DNA of 64,000 nt, from positions 1,525 to 65,524 of IMG/VR virus record IMGVR_UViG_3300024219_000002; one strand, given 5' to 3'. Shown in pieces: positions 20,223-29,381 of this stretch (its first letter is position 1; each line of letters begins with the position of its first letter). Source of the DNA: a virus. The notes beneath the pieces are model-generated. The model saw only the letters and a program-made list of their open reading frames with translations. It did not search any database and was not told where the DNA came from. The position numbers were made by a program, and so were the translations under genes.

Positions 20223-20358
20223 ATCCTATCATTACCCAGTTACGATGCAAGCATTATTTTCAGATTTGTTTTTCGGAACGCAAAAGACCAGCGTGACTAA
20301 AAAGCTCAAAAAGATTGACGCAAAAGCTCATTGCACATAGCGAGGGGGCTGTTATGGT
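20223..20358. promoter_or_regulatory. Divergent sigma70-like promoters
   Basis: Minus: TTGCAT-16-TAGGAT (20250..20223). Plus: TTGCAC-16-TATGGT with extended TG (20331..20358). Gene strand switches here. Confidence 0.6.
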
Positions 20359-20635
20359 GGTGACGTGAAGACGACGAATAACTTTCCGAGAACTGGCTGG
20401 TGTGCGCTGTGTCGTCTTCACACTTCGATTCATTGCGTGCGCTGGCTGGTTCTCGGAATACGAGACGGAGGAAGCCAATGACGTTTGGCGCGATTGCTAC
20501 CGACCGGAAGAACGGATTGATTACATTCGCAAGCATCGCTCACAATTCAAGTTTCGCGGGTTGTCAGACTTGATTGGCTGCGTGCGCGGCCATTACTTCG
20601 CCGGGTATGCGTCGGAACTGTTGAGCTAACCGATT

Positions 20636-20770
20636 ATGACAACCATTCAATTCTGGCAGGGCTTTATGCTTGGCGCGGCTCTTTGTTCCGCGCTGACCAT
20701 CGTGTTTACCGTGTGGCAGGACAAGCGCGAGGAGAGAGAAAACGCCACGAACAACCAACAGGAGAAATAA
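20636..20770 (+). CDS. Small single-TM protein (44 aa)
   Basis: MTTIQFWQGFMLGAALCSALTIVFTVWQDK, read directly (below the ORF-track cutoff). Confidence 0.55.
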   Translation: MTTIQFWQGFMLGAALCSALTIVFTVWQDKREERENATNNQQEK

Positions 20771-20774
20771 CACC

Positions 20775-21143
20775 ATGGGAGATAGAGGCAACATAGCAGT
20801 ATTACAGAGTGGCAACGACCAGGTATGGCTTTACTCGCATTGGGGCGGGTCTGATCTGCCCGGGCAACTGAAGCAAGGACTGACAGCTGGCAAGCCGCGC
20901 TGGTCGGATGAGTCATACTTGACCAAAATCATCTTCGGCTGTGTCGTGCCGAAGGAAGATTGGGAACGCGAAACAGGATTCGGCATTTCGTGCCGGATGC
21001 AGGACAATGAGCACCCGATAAACGTCGTGGACATTCCAAACCAACGTGTGTTCACCATGCCTGAGGAGAGGCTGGAGAACTGTAAAGTTCCGAAGGATTA
21101 CGAACCGGACAGCTCCAAAACCTTTGAGGAGTATTGCGCCTAA
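20775..21143 (+). CDS. Conserved phage hypothetical protein
   Basis: MGDRGNI...LYSHWGG motif; AGGAG upstream. Confidence 0.75.
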   Translation: MGDRGNIAVLQSGNDQVWLYSHWGGSDLPGQLKQGLTAGKPRWSDESYLTKIIFGCVVPKEDWERETGFGISCRMQDNEHPINVVDIPNQRVFTMPEERLENCKVPKDYEPDSSKTFEEYCA

Positions 21144-21218
21144 CTAATCGCCCTGCCTTGCTCCGGATCGGGGCGAGGCACGGCGGGGAGTAACCCGCGA
21201 ACACGAGAAAGACACCAC

Positions 21219-21491
21219 ATGAAAAGCAAATGCGATTGCTGCGGATGGGAGGGCGAGCCAAAGACGACTTTCCCAAACATCCCCAGCCTGACACAGCGAC
21301 TTGACCCGGGCGGCGTCAGCGGGGAGGCAGAAGCCAATAAAGCGGATACATGGCTTGTCAACTGCGTCGCGGTGGCCGAGGCAGCCGAGGCGCTACACCG
21401 GGCGAATCAGCTCGAAATGGGCGCCGTGGAGATGAACAAGCGGTGGCACGCGCTGGAAAACGCGCTGAATGCGTGGAGGGCGGCGAAATGA
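21219..21491 (+). CDS. Hypothetical protein
   Basis: 90 aa; ATGA overlap with the next gene. Confidence 0.55.
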   Translation: MKSKCDCCGWEGEPKTTFPNIPSLTQRLDPGGVSGEAEANKADTWLVNCVAVAEAAEALHRANQLEMGAVEMNKRWHALENALNAWRAAK

Positions 21492-21796
21492 ATGCAAACA
21501 ACGAAGGCGACCGATTATCGGTCGGGATGAGCGACAGCCGACCGGAGAATGACTCAATGACCACGGAAACCTCAATGACGACGAGACGCACGAACGAAGC
21601 CGAGAGCGGGTCGGCTGTTCTGCTCCATCCCGTTGTTAGGAGACGGCAATCTTTCGTGGACTGCCTCACCGAAACCGGCTGGCGGCGAGGGAGCATCGCG
21701 TGGCCAGTCGAGGACGCCATAATCGTCGCCGCCGGATTCCGAGAGGAACACCCCAACTGGCTCGTCGAAATCAACCCGATAGAAGGAACACCATGA
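21488..21796 (+). CDS. Cassette gene; N-terminus read through an attC
   Basis: MNANNEG...SAVLLHPVVRR spans attC 21513..21641. Confidence 0.55.
   Translation: MNANNEGDRLSVGMSDSRPENDSMTTETSMTTRRTNEAESGSAVLLHPVVRRRQSFVDCLTETGWRRGSIAWPVEDAIIVAAGFREEHPNWLVEINPIEGTP
21513..21641 (-). repeat. attC-like site (solo cassette C, degenerate R')
   Basis: Minus strand: TCCTAAC-aacgg-GATGGAG...CTCATC-ccgacc-GATAATC. GTTAGGAGAC (21635-44) is the reverse complement of GTCTCCTAAC (22122-31). Confidence 0.75.
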
Positions 21797-22122
21797 TAAA
21801 AGCAACTAAAGGCGGTTCGGCGTTCACTGAGCCACCACCGAGTATGGACGTAAACGATCCTCGATGGCCGGCCGCATTCGCGGCGTGGGCGGAACGAAAA
21901 GCGAAACACTTCGGAATGGACGCAATGGAGATGATGGGGCGCGCCCTGGGATGCAACATGGAAGCCGACTCATGGAGAAAGAAGCGGCAGGCAGCACTCA
22001 GACACCAAGAGCAACACGCAAACGACATCTACGGCAAGACGCCGACAAAAAGAAAATGTCCGCATTGCGGAAGCACGACGCACCCGCCGGGCTGCTGCGC
22101 TCAAGATGGGCATGGCGGCTAG
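21793..22122 (+). CDS. Hypothetical protein with C-terminal CPHCG (inside cassette C)
   Basis: ATGA overlap; ends just before the cassette boundary at 22131. Confidence 0.55.
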   Translation: MIKATKGGSAFTEPPPSMDVNDPRWPAAFAAWAERKAKHFGMDAMEMMGRALGCNMEADSWRKKRQAALRHQEQHANDIYGKTPTKRKCPHCGSTTHPPGCCAQDGHGG

Positions 22123-22242
22123 TCTCCTAACCACCACACAATGAGCAATTCCCCCTCGCTCGGGACTGCATTTGGCTGGCAACAGCCCGGGCATGTGGTG
22201 TGCCTCTCCGTGTGGGGCGTGGGCGAGGTTTCCAGATTTGCC

Positions 22243-22271
22243 TTGCATTGGCATAACAAGCCCCCTATGAT
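22243..22271 (+). promoter_or_regulatory. Sigma70-like promoter
   Basis: TTGCAT-17-TATGAT, 10 nt before ATG 22282. Confidence 0.65.
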
Positions 22272-22281
22272 CCTTTCCACC

Positions 22282-22473
22282 ATGCCAGCGATCACCAAAT
22301 CCGACCTGCGCGAGCGATACCAGCGTTACGCGGGCAAGCACCCGTCGCCCATGTCCTTCAAGGCTTGGATGTATTTCCGGGAGCAGGGCTTGATCGGGGC
22401 GCAAAAGAGCACCACAAACCACAGCGAGGCCGGCAAGATCGGCATGGCTAAAAGATGGGGGAAGAAACCATGA
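22282..22473 (+). CDS. Small basic protein
   Basis: MPAITKSDL...SEAGKIGMAKRWGKKP. Confidence 0.6.
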   Translation: MPAITKSDLRERYQRYAGKHPSPMSFKAWMYFREQGLIGAQKSTTNHSEAGKIGMAKRWGKKP

Positions 22474-22718
22474 GTGAACCAAGAGACGGTGGGCCGGCGT
22501 TCCCAAGAAGCGGATTCGACATCGCGGAGAACTCTCTTAAATCCATAGCTGGCGAAGAGGGTATGTCCCTGCGCGACTGGTTTGCGGGGATGGCGTTGCA
22601 GGGTTTTTGCGGCATGTCGGACACTGAAGGAAACTGGACTTGGACTGTTGAAGAAGCAGCCAGCACCGCCTATCGCTGTGCCGACGCCATGCTAAAAGCC
22701 CGGGAGGTTCAGCCATGA
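22470..22718 (+). CDS. Conserved phage protein (DGGPAFP...GMSLRDWFAGMALQG family)
   Basis: Characteristic motifs including AYRCADAMLKAR. Confidence 0.8.
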   Translation: MSEPRDGGPAFPRSGFDIAENSLKSIAGEEGMSLRDWFAGMALQGFCGMSDTEGNWTWTVEEAASTAYRCADAMLKAREVQP

Positions 22719-23000
22719 ATAAGTTTTGGCGTTGCGCTAACCGGAGCGCATTGATTGCTTGGATTGGTTTCATCATGGCATTCTCTCATCGGGGAGAGTG
22801 GGTTTTCTCTGTAATCGCCGCGTGCCTACTTGTCGCCAATGTTTGGTATTACTGGAGGGGGAAACCATGATGCTAGGATGCGTCCTTTTGATCGCCGGTC
22901 TGATGGCAGCCTATGGCATGGCGTGCGTGCGGGATGAGCGGCAGCTTTTCAGGACTGCATCGGAATGGCGCAAGACGCGACCCTACGCAATCCTGCTGAA

Positions 23001-23201
23001 ATGAACACCCGTCGCCTTAAGTGCGCCCTGAAAGAGTTCGCGCTGCGCCTGTGCTGGCTCGTAGCTGCCATCGTCTCGCTATCGGGCGTCTTTTTCGGGT
23101 CATGCGTGCTCTACCAAGTGTCCAAATGGGGCTTCCTAATCGGCATGTGTGCCTTGGGGCTTGGGTTTGTGTTTTACACATGCTGGCAGGACTCAGAATG
23201 A
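23001..23201 (+). CDS. Small two-TM membrane protein
   Basis: Two hydrophobic segments; one of a run of small overlapping ORFs at 22715..23201. Confidence 0.5.
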   Translation: MNTRRLKCALKEFALRLCWLVAAIVSLSGVFFGSCVLYQVSKWGFLIGMCALGLGFVFYTCWQDSE

Positions 23202-23238
23202 ACGGACTTGACAAGATGATGGATAAGCTCCAATTTCG

Positions 23239-23649
23239 TTGCGTTCGAGAGCCAGTAACGCGGCTAAGCCCATTTTCCACGTCGGAGAGTTGGCAAGAAA
23301 CCTTTTCTTGCTGCGTTACAGCTCCCGGCGTGGATTTATGCACGCGAACGCAATTCAAAAACAGGTTTTGCTTTTGTTTTGGGGTCGGTTTGGTGGAAGG
23401 AAGGCCAAGGGAATTGGATTCCCACAAGAGGAAAAGCTCTCTGCCTTTCAAAAACGGAGAGATAATTTCAACGCATCAAAAACCACACTCCACCCATGGA
23501 GAAGATTCAAAGATTGTTTTGTCTGCGAAGCGCCAGCAACAGCAAGGCATCACATAATACAACTTCAGAACGGGGGCATAAATGCAAAGAAGAATCTTGT
23601 TTCACTGTGCGATAATTGCCACTCAAAAATCCACCCTTGGCTAATATGA
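23239..23649 (+). CDS. HNH endonuclease (start uncertain)
   Basis: CFVC..RHHIIQLQNGG.N...NLVSLCDNCHSKIH. Confidence 0.75.
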   Translation: MRSRASNAAKPIFHVGELARNLFLLRYSSRRGFMHANAIQKQVLLLFWGRFGGRKAKGIGFPQEEKLSAFQKRRDNFNASKTTLHPWRRFKDCFVCEAPATARHHIIQLQNGGINAKKNLVSLCDNCHSKIHPWLI

Positions 23650-23810
23650 ATCTCCTAGAGCAATACATCGACAAGTACGCGCTCGATGAGATTGAAACCC
23701 TCAACCGACTGACCGAGGCAGGGCTTATTTCGGACAACTGCGTTCTGGCTTGCGACGTAGCGGAGTCGGATTGCCTAAAGGCGATTGAGTGGCTGAAGGC
23801 TAACCCATGA
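23646..23810 (+). CDS. Hypothetical protein
   Basis: MNLLEQYID...GLISDNCV; overlapping start/stop codons. Confidence 0.6.
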   Translation: MNLLEQYIDKYALDEIETLNRLTEAGLISDNCVLACDVAESDCLKAIEWLKANP

Positions 23811-23992
23811 TCGAAATTGTTGACTGTCCCGAGTGCGACGGCACAGGCGACCGTTACACCGGCCCTGAGCGGCTCACGTGCCCTTACTGCGGTGGTCGCG
23901 GCAAGCTGGAGCAGGACGTTGAGCCGGAGCGGGTCAAAGGCGACGATCAGCTAAAGGTTGAGGAAGAAGATTTGCCCGACGGTAAACCATAA
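23807..23992 (+). CDS. DnaJ-type Zn-finger small protein
   Basis: CPECDGTG / CPYCGGRG. Confidence 0.65.
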   Translation: MIEIVDCPECDGTGDRYTGPERLTCPYCGGRGKLEQDVEPERVKGDDQLKVEEEDLPDGKP

Positions 23993-24006
23993 CCCACAAA
24001 ATTCAC

Positions 24007-24213
24007 ATGATCGAAGAAGCCAAGGCAAAACTGGAGGAGCTGGCGCCCAAAGAGGCGGAAGCATGGAATCAGGTGCGCGAGTTCGAGCAAACCGACGCCT
24101 GGAAGACGCTGAACCGGCAGCACGACAAGCTGACTCAGGAATGGTGCGAGCTTCACCGCAAGGTCGAGGCGCTTAGAATCCTGTGCCCCACAACCCCACA
24201 ACCCACAAACTAA
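24007..24213 (+). CDS. Coiled-coil hypothetical protein
   Basis: 68 aa, 1 nt before the next gene. Confidence 0.6.
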   Translation: MIEEAKAKLEELAPKEAEAWNQVREFEQTDAWKTLNRQHDKLTQEWCELHRKVEALRILCPTTPQPTN

Positions 24214-24214
24214 A

Positions 24215-24769
24215 ATGCCAACATTCAAAAAAGCAAACGGAGAATGCCGCGAGATGGCGGCGTCCATACTCGCAGAGTTTGAAACCCACAAGCCAACCTT
24301 GGAATCCGGCGTAAAGCTGGACCTTGTGTTTGCCTTTCCGGATTACGATGAGACGACGGGAGAGCCGGTAAATGATGCGCTGAAAAAGAACGGCGTAAAA
24401 GCCCTTGGAGTCACGCGCATCGTAAACCTCAAAGACAGAAGCAAAGGGCTTGGTGACGCTGAGATTTGTCTGGACGGTCATTGGTGGGAGAGAGCGGAGG
24501 AAGCAGAGCAGCGGGCGCTGCTGGATCACGAGTTGCACCACATCGTCCCAACAAAGAAAACGGACGACCTTGGCCGGCCCAAGCTGAAGCTAAGAAAGCA
24601 TGACGTGGACATTGGCTGGTTTGCCATCATCGCGCAACGGCATGGCGCACGAAGTCAGGAGAGAAAACAGGCGGCGAGCATGGTGGAAGTTTATGGCCAG
24701 TTTTTCTTCCCTGAAATCCTCAATTCCACAGCCACGAGAATGCAACGGCTGGAATCCAAAACCAAATGA
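24215..24769 (+). CDS. Putative phage metallopeptidase
   Basis: ALLDHELHH ... LRKHDV motif. Confidence 0.75.
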   Translation: MPTFKKANGECREMAASILAEFETHKPTLESGVKLDLVFAFPDYDETTGEPVNDALKKNGVKALGVTRIVNLKDRSKGLGDAEICLDGHWWERAEEAEQRALLDHELHHIVPTKKTDDLGRPKLKLRKHDVDIGWFAIIAQRHGARSQERKQAASMVEVYGQFFFPEILNSTATRMQRLESKTK

Positions 24770-25722
24770 GCTTCACCATTCAGCCGGCGACCCGGCAGGG
24801 CGTAAAACCGCTGGTCGGAATCTACGGGCGCTCCGGGTCTGGCAAAACCATGAGCGCGCTCTTGCTGGCTCGTGGCCTTGTAGGTCCAGCGGGCCGCATC
24901 GGAATGATTGACACCGAAAACGGGCGTGGGTCAATCTTCGCAGACCTGATACCGGGCGGCTATTCGGTGCTGAATCTGGATGCTCCGTTTAGCCCTCCTC
25001 GCTATTCGGAAGCGATTGCTGAACTGGAAAAGCATTGCGACATCGTTTGCGTGGACTCGATGAGCCACGAATGGAACGGCGAGGGCGGGGTGCTGGATAT
25101 GCAGGAAAAGGAACTGGACCGCATGGCTGGCGACAACTGGAGCAAGCGTGAGGCGTGCAAGATGGCGGCATGGATCAAGCCAAAGATGGAGCACAAGCAA
25201 ATGATAAACCGGCTGCTAAGGTGCAAGCTCCCGCTGATTTGCTGCCTGCGCGGAGAGGAAAAGACGCACATAGTCAAGGGCGAGAACGGAAAGAATCAGG
25301 TCATCACAGATGCGTTTAGCAGCCCGATTTTTGACCCTCGATTCATCTTTGAAATGCTCGTTACGTTTGAATCGCTGAACCGCGAGGGCAAGGGCGGATT
25401 CGTCCACGTCTGGAAATGCACGCACCCCTCGATTGCCTCGCTGCTTCCAACCGAGAAGGAGCAGGTCAGCGTCAGGCATGGCGAGTCGCTGGCGGCGTGG
25501 TGCGCCTCTCCCGGGACCGTTCCCGGGAAGGCTGCCACCGAAAAGACGCGGAACTGGATGCTGGATCAGTTGAAGGATATTCACGTCAAGATGCAGGCTT
25601 ACGGGATAGACAAGGCGATCATCATGCCGGATGAAAGCCTTGAGGAATGGCCGCTGGGTAAAGTGCCCATGTCGTCGGCAGCACTAAAACAACTCCGCTC
25701 AGAAATCGAGGCTCACGTATGA
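24766..25722 (+). CDS. AAA ATPase (Sak4/AAA_24-like recombination protein)
   Basis: GRSGSGKT, IDTE, CVDSMSHEW. Confidence 0.8.
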   Translation: MSFTIQPATRQGVKPLVGIYGRSGSGKTMSALLLARGLVGPAGRIGMIDTENGRGSIFADLIPGGYSVLNLDAPFSPPRYSEAIAELEKHCDIVCVDSMSHEWNGEGGVLDMQEKELDRMAGDNWSKREACKMAAWIKPKMEHKQMINRLLRCKLPLICCLRGEEKTHIVKGENGKNQVITDAFSSPIFDPRFIFEMLVTFESLNREGKGGFVHVWKCTHPSIASLLPTEKEQVSVRHGESLAAWCASPGTVPGKAATEKTRNWMLDQLKDIHVKMQAYGIDKAIIMPDESLEEWPLGKVPMSSAALKQLRSEIEAHV

Positions 25723-25816
25723 ATTTAGGTTGACCCGAGTTAATCCTGATTTAAGATTCAAACGTGCAGCGTAACGCTGCACACGCGGGCGGGGACACTT
25801 CAAAATAGGTGTAGCA

Positions 25817-25945
25817 ATGAAACCCATTCCAATCGGACAGACGTTTAACAGGCTCACGGTGATTGCGGACGCCGGGCAAGACATTCGCAGCAGGCGAAGG
25901 GTGAAGTGTGTTTGTATATGCGATAAAGAAATCGAGTCACCATGA
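25817..25945 (+). pseudogene. N-terminal remnant of an HNH/AP2-type homing endonuclease
   Basis: MKPIPIGQTFNRLTVIAD...VKCVCICD matches the G-x-x-F-x-RLTV...CxCxC N-terminus, but stops after 42 aa. Confidence 0.6.
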
Positions 25946-26922
25946 GCTTCGTAGCCTCACAAATTGCGGGGTTTGATGTTCCATACCGCGACTATGCGAA
26001 TTCCGACGTTCTGAGAGGTAATCGTGAATTCGTAATGTCTCGCGGAGAGCTTTTCAAATTCGTTGAGTGTCCAGCGAAGTGGATCGCCGGAAGTGGAGAG
26101 GATGAGGAATCCGACGCGCTGACTTGGGGAACTGCTATTGACGTGCTTGGGCCTCACCCGGAGAGATTCAGCGAACTTTACGCGGTCGCTCCGGCAACCT
26201 ATAAGAATGAGAAGGGGGAAGAAAAGCCATGGAACTGGAACGCTAAAGTTTGCCAAGCATGGCGCGATGGCCAAGGAGAGAAAACGGTCATAAAGAATGA
26301 TCTCCAATCAAGACTCATTGCGGCGCTCAAAGTCCTTCGAGAATCAGATGTTCAGCCGCTTATTGAATGCTCAAAGACACAAGTGCATGTTGTTGGCCAA
26401 TGGAGGGACATGGCGACCGGCCTGACGATCCCAGTGCAATGCTTAATTGATCTTGTCCCAGACAAAGAGAATTCACAATGGGGAAGGCGCCTTTGCAATT
26501 TCAAAACCGCACGATGTGGCGATCCAGACACGTTCCCAAGGGTAATTGAAGATTATGGTTACGACGTGGGAGCAGCCCTAGACACGGATTTGTATATTGC
26601 AGCAACCGGAGAGGATCGAACAGATTATGTTTTTGCGGTTCAGGAAAATATCCCCCCATACCATGTAACGTCTCCACTCATGGCTCTTACGACCGAGTTC
26701 ATCGAATACGGGCGGGTGAAATACCGGATTGCGTTGCGGGAATATGCCCAATGCCTGGCAACGAACAAGTGGCCGTCCTATCCGACCGGCGACCGGCTTG
26801 TTTACGGTGATTTACAGTTCCTAGACCCGAAAGCCCTGTTCAAGTATCGGGAGAGTGGCGGCGTGCCGGCTGAAAGGACTCCGATTGAAACGACGCGGGA
26901 GAATTTTGACGTGATACCATGA
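25942..26922 (+). CDS. RecE/exonuclease VIII-like PD-(D/E)xK nuclease
   Basis: LTWGTAID, CLIDL..CNFKT, YGYDVGAA, YVFAVQE; next to the AAA ATPase. Confidence 0.75.
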   Translation: MSFVASQIAGFDVPYRDYANSDVLRGNREFVMSRGELFKFVECPAKWIAGSGEDEESDALTWGTAIDVLGPHPERFSELYAVAPATYKNEKGEEKPWNWNAKVCQAWRDGQGEKTVIKNDLQSRLIAALKVLRESDVQPLIECSKTQVHVVGQWRDMATGLTIPVQCLIDLVPDKENSQWGRRLCNFKTARCGDPDTFPRVIEDYGYDVGAALDTDLYIAATGEDRTDYVFAVQENIPPYHVTSPLMALTTEFIEYGRVKYRIALREYAQCLATNKWPSYPTGDRLVYGDLQFLDPKALFKYRESGGVPAERTPIETTRENFDVIP

Positions 26923-27377
26923 GAGCCATAGACAGCGTTCCAAAGTGTGTCAACTGCGCGCACGCCCGCGTTCCAGAGAAGTTCCCGTGGTACTTCTGGC
27001 TGATCCCGCCGTACTGGCTAGTCGTTCGGCGCATGTGGACCGTCCGGGTCGCTGTTTCAAGCAAAGGAAGAAGAACCATGAGAACCATAGCTGGCGCGAT
27101 AAAACTCACTGCCTTGGCGCTTCTGCTGGCGTCGCAAGTTTTCTTCGTAAAGTATGTCATCCTGCCGCGGGATAGAGAGCGCGCGGAACAGGCATCGGTC
27201 AAACCCGGTCAGGTCTGGGAATATAAATGCTCGCTCCCGTTCCACGAGAATGACGCGCCTTCGCTGCGGACGGTGCTGGAGGTAAGGGATGGATTCGTGA
27301 AGTACAAATCCAGCAGAGGGTGGGAGAACGATTGCAGCGTCAGAGTTTTTGTCTCTGACTCAAAGCTGGTGAAATGA
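26919..27377 (+). CDS. Membrane-anchored hypothetical protein (alternative start 27078)
   Basis: TM segment plus VKPGQVW domain; last gene of the + strand block. Confidence 0.55.
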   Translation: MRAIDSVPKCVNCAHARVPEKFPWYFWLIPPYWLVVRRMWTVRVAVSSKGRRTMRTIAGAIKLTALALLLASQVFFVKYVILPRDRERAEQASVKPGQVWEYKCSLPFHENDAPSLRTVLEVRDGFVKYKSSRGWENDCSVRVFVSDSKLVK

Positions 27378-27432
27378 TCGGCACTCAATGCCACTAAATG
27401 CCATTCCGGAGGGCAAAAAGAGACAAAACTCT

Positions 27433-27669
27433 TCAGCACCGTATTAGCGGCTCGCCTTGATACGGAGGATCGTTCTTCTTCGGCGGTTTTTTGCCGTCGT
27501 GGATGGCTTGTAGTTCTTCCAAATCTCCGCCATACGACGGGTCAATCTCGTGCTTGAACACGAGCGCCAGATGCCGCTTCACCATTTCGGTTTGCGGTTT
27601 GTCGAGTTCCGAACAGTTAGAGATTTCAAAGTGGCCCTGAAGCCAATAGCAAAAGTCTCTTGATGTCAT
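27433..27669 (-). CDS. Conserved phage hypothetical protein
   Basis: MTSRDFCYWLQGHFEI motif. Confidence 0.75.
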   Translation of the reverse strand: MTSRDFCYWLQGHFEISNCSELDKPQTEMVKRHLALVFKHEIDPSYGGDLEELQAIHDGKKPPKKNDPPYQGEPLIRC

Positions 27670-27878
27670 GGCTTACCTACCTTCACGGTGCCGTCGGATG
27701 TCACTTCGACGTAGTTTGTCCCGCTACCAACTCGCGTAAACTTGACCGTGCCGTACATGGTCGGGACATTGACGGATACAATGGCGGGGTCTTTGGCCAG
27801 CGCGCCGACGAGCTTCGTTATGTTGGTTGAGCTGCAGCCGCAGAGCGCGACGGCGACGAGTGCGAGGATTGACTTCAT
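27666..27878 (-). CDS. Small lipoprotein (possible o-spanin-like)
   Basis: MKSILALVAVALCG|C lipobox. Confidence 0.65.
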   Translation of the reverse strand: MKSILALVAVALCGCSSTNITKLVGALAKDPAIVSVNVPTMYGTVKFTRVGSGTNYVEVTSDGTVKVGKP

Positions 27879-28294
27879 GGTTTGTTGGTTGTGGTCAGGC
27901 TTCCGAAATAAATGTAATTGTTGGTGAGGGAAACCAACATATTCGTTCCGATGGAGTTCGTCGCATAACCGTTAAGCGTGCCCCACCGTGGTTCTCTCGG
28001 CACATCGTTCGTTGCGACCGGCGCCCAGGCATCCTGCTTGCGAAACTCAACCTCTGTTTCGTTTAGAATCTCCTCGTCCGAAACCTCTCGCGGCTTCCCG
28101 TTCCAATCGAACGTCGCCTTGGTAACTCTTTTAATAGTGGTCTTAACCCACTTCTGCTGCGGGTTTGTGTGTGGAAAATACGGCAACTCCAAGGTGTAGG
28201 AATCACCCGCATTCTGGAAGGCAGGGAGTGTCGGGAAACGCTCCGTGACATTGGTGACGAGTGATACGATGATTGAGGCAATGAGGTTTGTCAT
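27875..28294 (-). CDS. Exported Thr-Asn-rich hypothetical protein
   Basis: Hydrophobic N-terminus; many TN dipeptides. Confidence 0.6.
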   Translation of the reverse strand: MTNLIASIIVSLVTNVTERFPTLPAFQNAGDSYTLELPYFPHTNPQQKWVKTTIKRVTKATFDWNGKPREVSDEEILNETEVEFRKQDAWAPVATNDVPREPRWGTLNGYATNSIGTNMLVSLTNNYIYFGSLTTTNKP

Positions 28295-28836
28295 GTTGGA
28301 TTAGACGGAGCTTGCGCCGTTTTACCCTTCAAAAGAATATCTGTGTCGGAGTCCCAGCCAAGCCTTTTCTCCAGCGGCTTCAAGACCTTGGTGTGAATCC
28401 TCCACGCGAGCGCACTGCCGATCATTCCGATCACGGCGTTCTTGAACAGGATCGCGAGCACGATATACCATTGCGCCTTGAAGTTCACTGTCAACAGCCC
28501 CAGCATCGAGTAGCCCAGTATCCCAAACACGAAGTTCCAGAACGGAATCCAGGTGTTGCCGACGAACGGCATCCCCTTGATCGAGTAGCACAGCGCGATG
28601 CAGCCCACGATCAGGAACGGCAGCGCCGGCAGCCCGAGGAGCTTGTCGTTGAACTGAACCAGCTTGTCGAGATAGTTGACCGCTTGCTGGGCGGAAGTGT
28701 CAGTGAGCCTTGGAACTGGCGCATTGGTGGACACCTCCTCCCCGTGTATGGCCGCAGCCACCATCAGGCACGCGACCACGATTACAAATGCCATCACCAG
28801 TATTCTGAAGTCATTTCGTTTTACTAAGGAGTGCAT
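28291..28836 (-). CDS. Multi-TM membrane protein, holin candidate
   Basis: About 4 hydrophobic segments and a basic C-terminus; end of the late operon. Confidence 0.5.
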   Translation of the reverse strand: MHSLVKRNDFRILVMAFVIVVACLMVAAAIHGEEVSTNAPVPRLTDTSAQQAVNYLDKLVQFNDKLLGLPALPFLIVGCIALCYSIKGMPFVGNTWIPFWNFVFGILGYSMLGLLTVNFKAQWYIVLAILFKNAVIGMIGSALAWRIHTKVLKPLEKRLGWDSDTDILLKGKTAQAPSNPT

Positions 28837-29381
28837 ACGGTTTTGATCCATTTCCAAATGGCTCTGTCGTTATGCCCGATGAATCCCACAGTCCCGATGA
28901 GCAGCAGGGCTACCGCAGCCATGTCTGCATTGGAAGCATGAAAGCCGCCATTCAAGACCCACGCTTCCGAAATGCTCGCCTTCACCCCGTCATAGCCCAC
29001 GTTCTTGTTGATGAACAACGTGACATGCCCAACGGTGCTCCTGTGAATCCGCTCCGTAAAACCGCTCAGAATTACGATCTTGAGATTCGGTCGCTGCGAC
29101 TTCATCTCGTTGTGAAAGTTGATGCCCGCCATGTCGTCCGGCCCGAACCCGATGTCCAGCAAGACAAGCCCGTACTGGCCGTGACGAATCGCCGTGCGTG
29201 CCCCGTCTATCGAGTACACCGTCTCCGAAGGCAGCTTCAGCTCCTTGCAAATGCTCTCCAGTTGCTCGGTGTAAAGGAGATCGTCGTCCACAATCAGGAC
29301 TGGGAAAGGCTTGCGGCGTGGGAACAGCCGGCTCAAAGCCGTGTATGCTTTGAACATCTCGACAAGTGCTGTGACGTTCAT
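28824..29381 (-). CDS. CheY-like receiver-domain protein with C-terminal TM
   Basis: VLIVDDD, LVLLDI, IVILSG, FINK; then VALLLIGTVGFIG. Confidence 0.8.
   Translation of the reverse strand: MNVTALVEMFKAYTALSRLFPRRKPFPVLIVDDDLLYTEQLESICKELKLPSETVYSIDGARTAIRHGQYGLVLLDIGFGPDDMAGINFHNEMKSQRPNLKIVILSGFTERIHRSTVGHVTLFINKNVGYDGVKASISEAWVLNGGFHASNADMAAVALLLIGTVGFIGHNDRAIWKWIKTVCTP

Noticed and set aside
23198-23260. Programmed frameshift joining MNGLDK... to the HNH frame
   Set aside because: No clear slippery site seen; the start could be TTG 23239 or an internal ATG, so unsupported.
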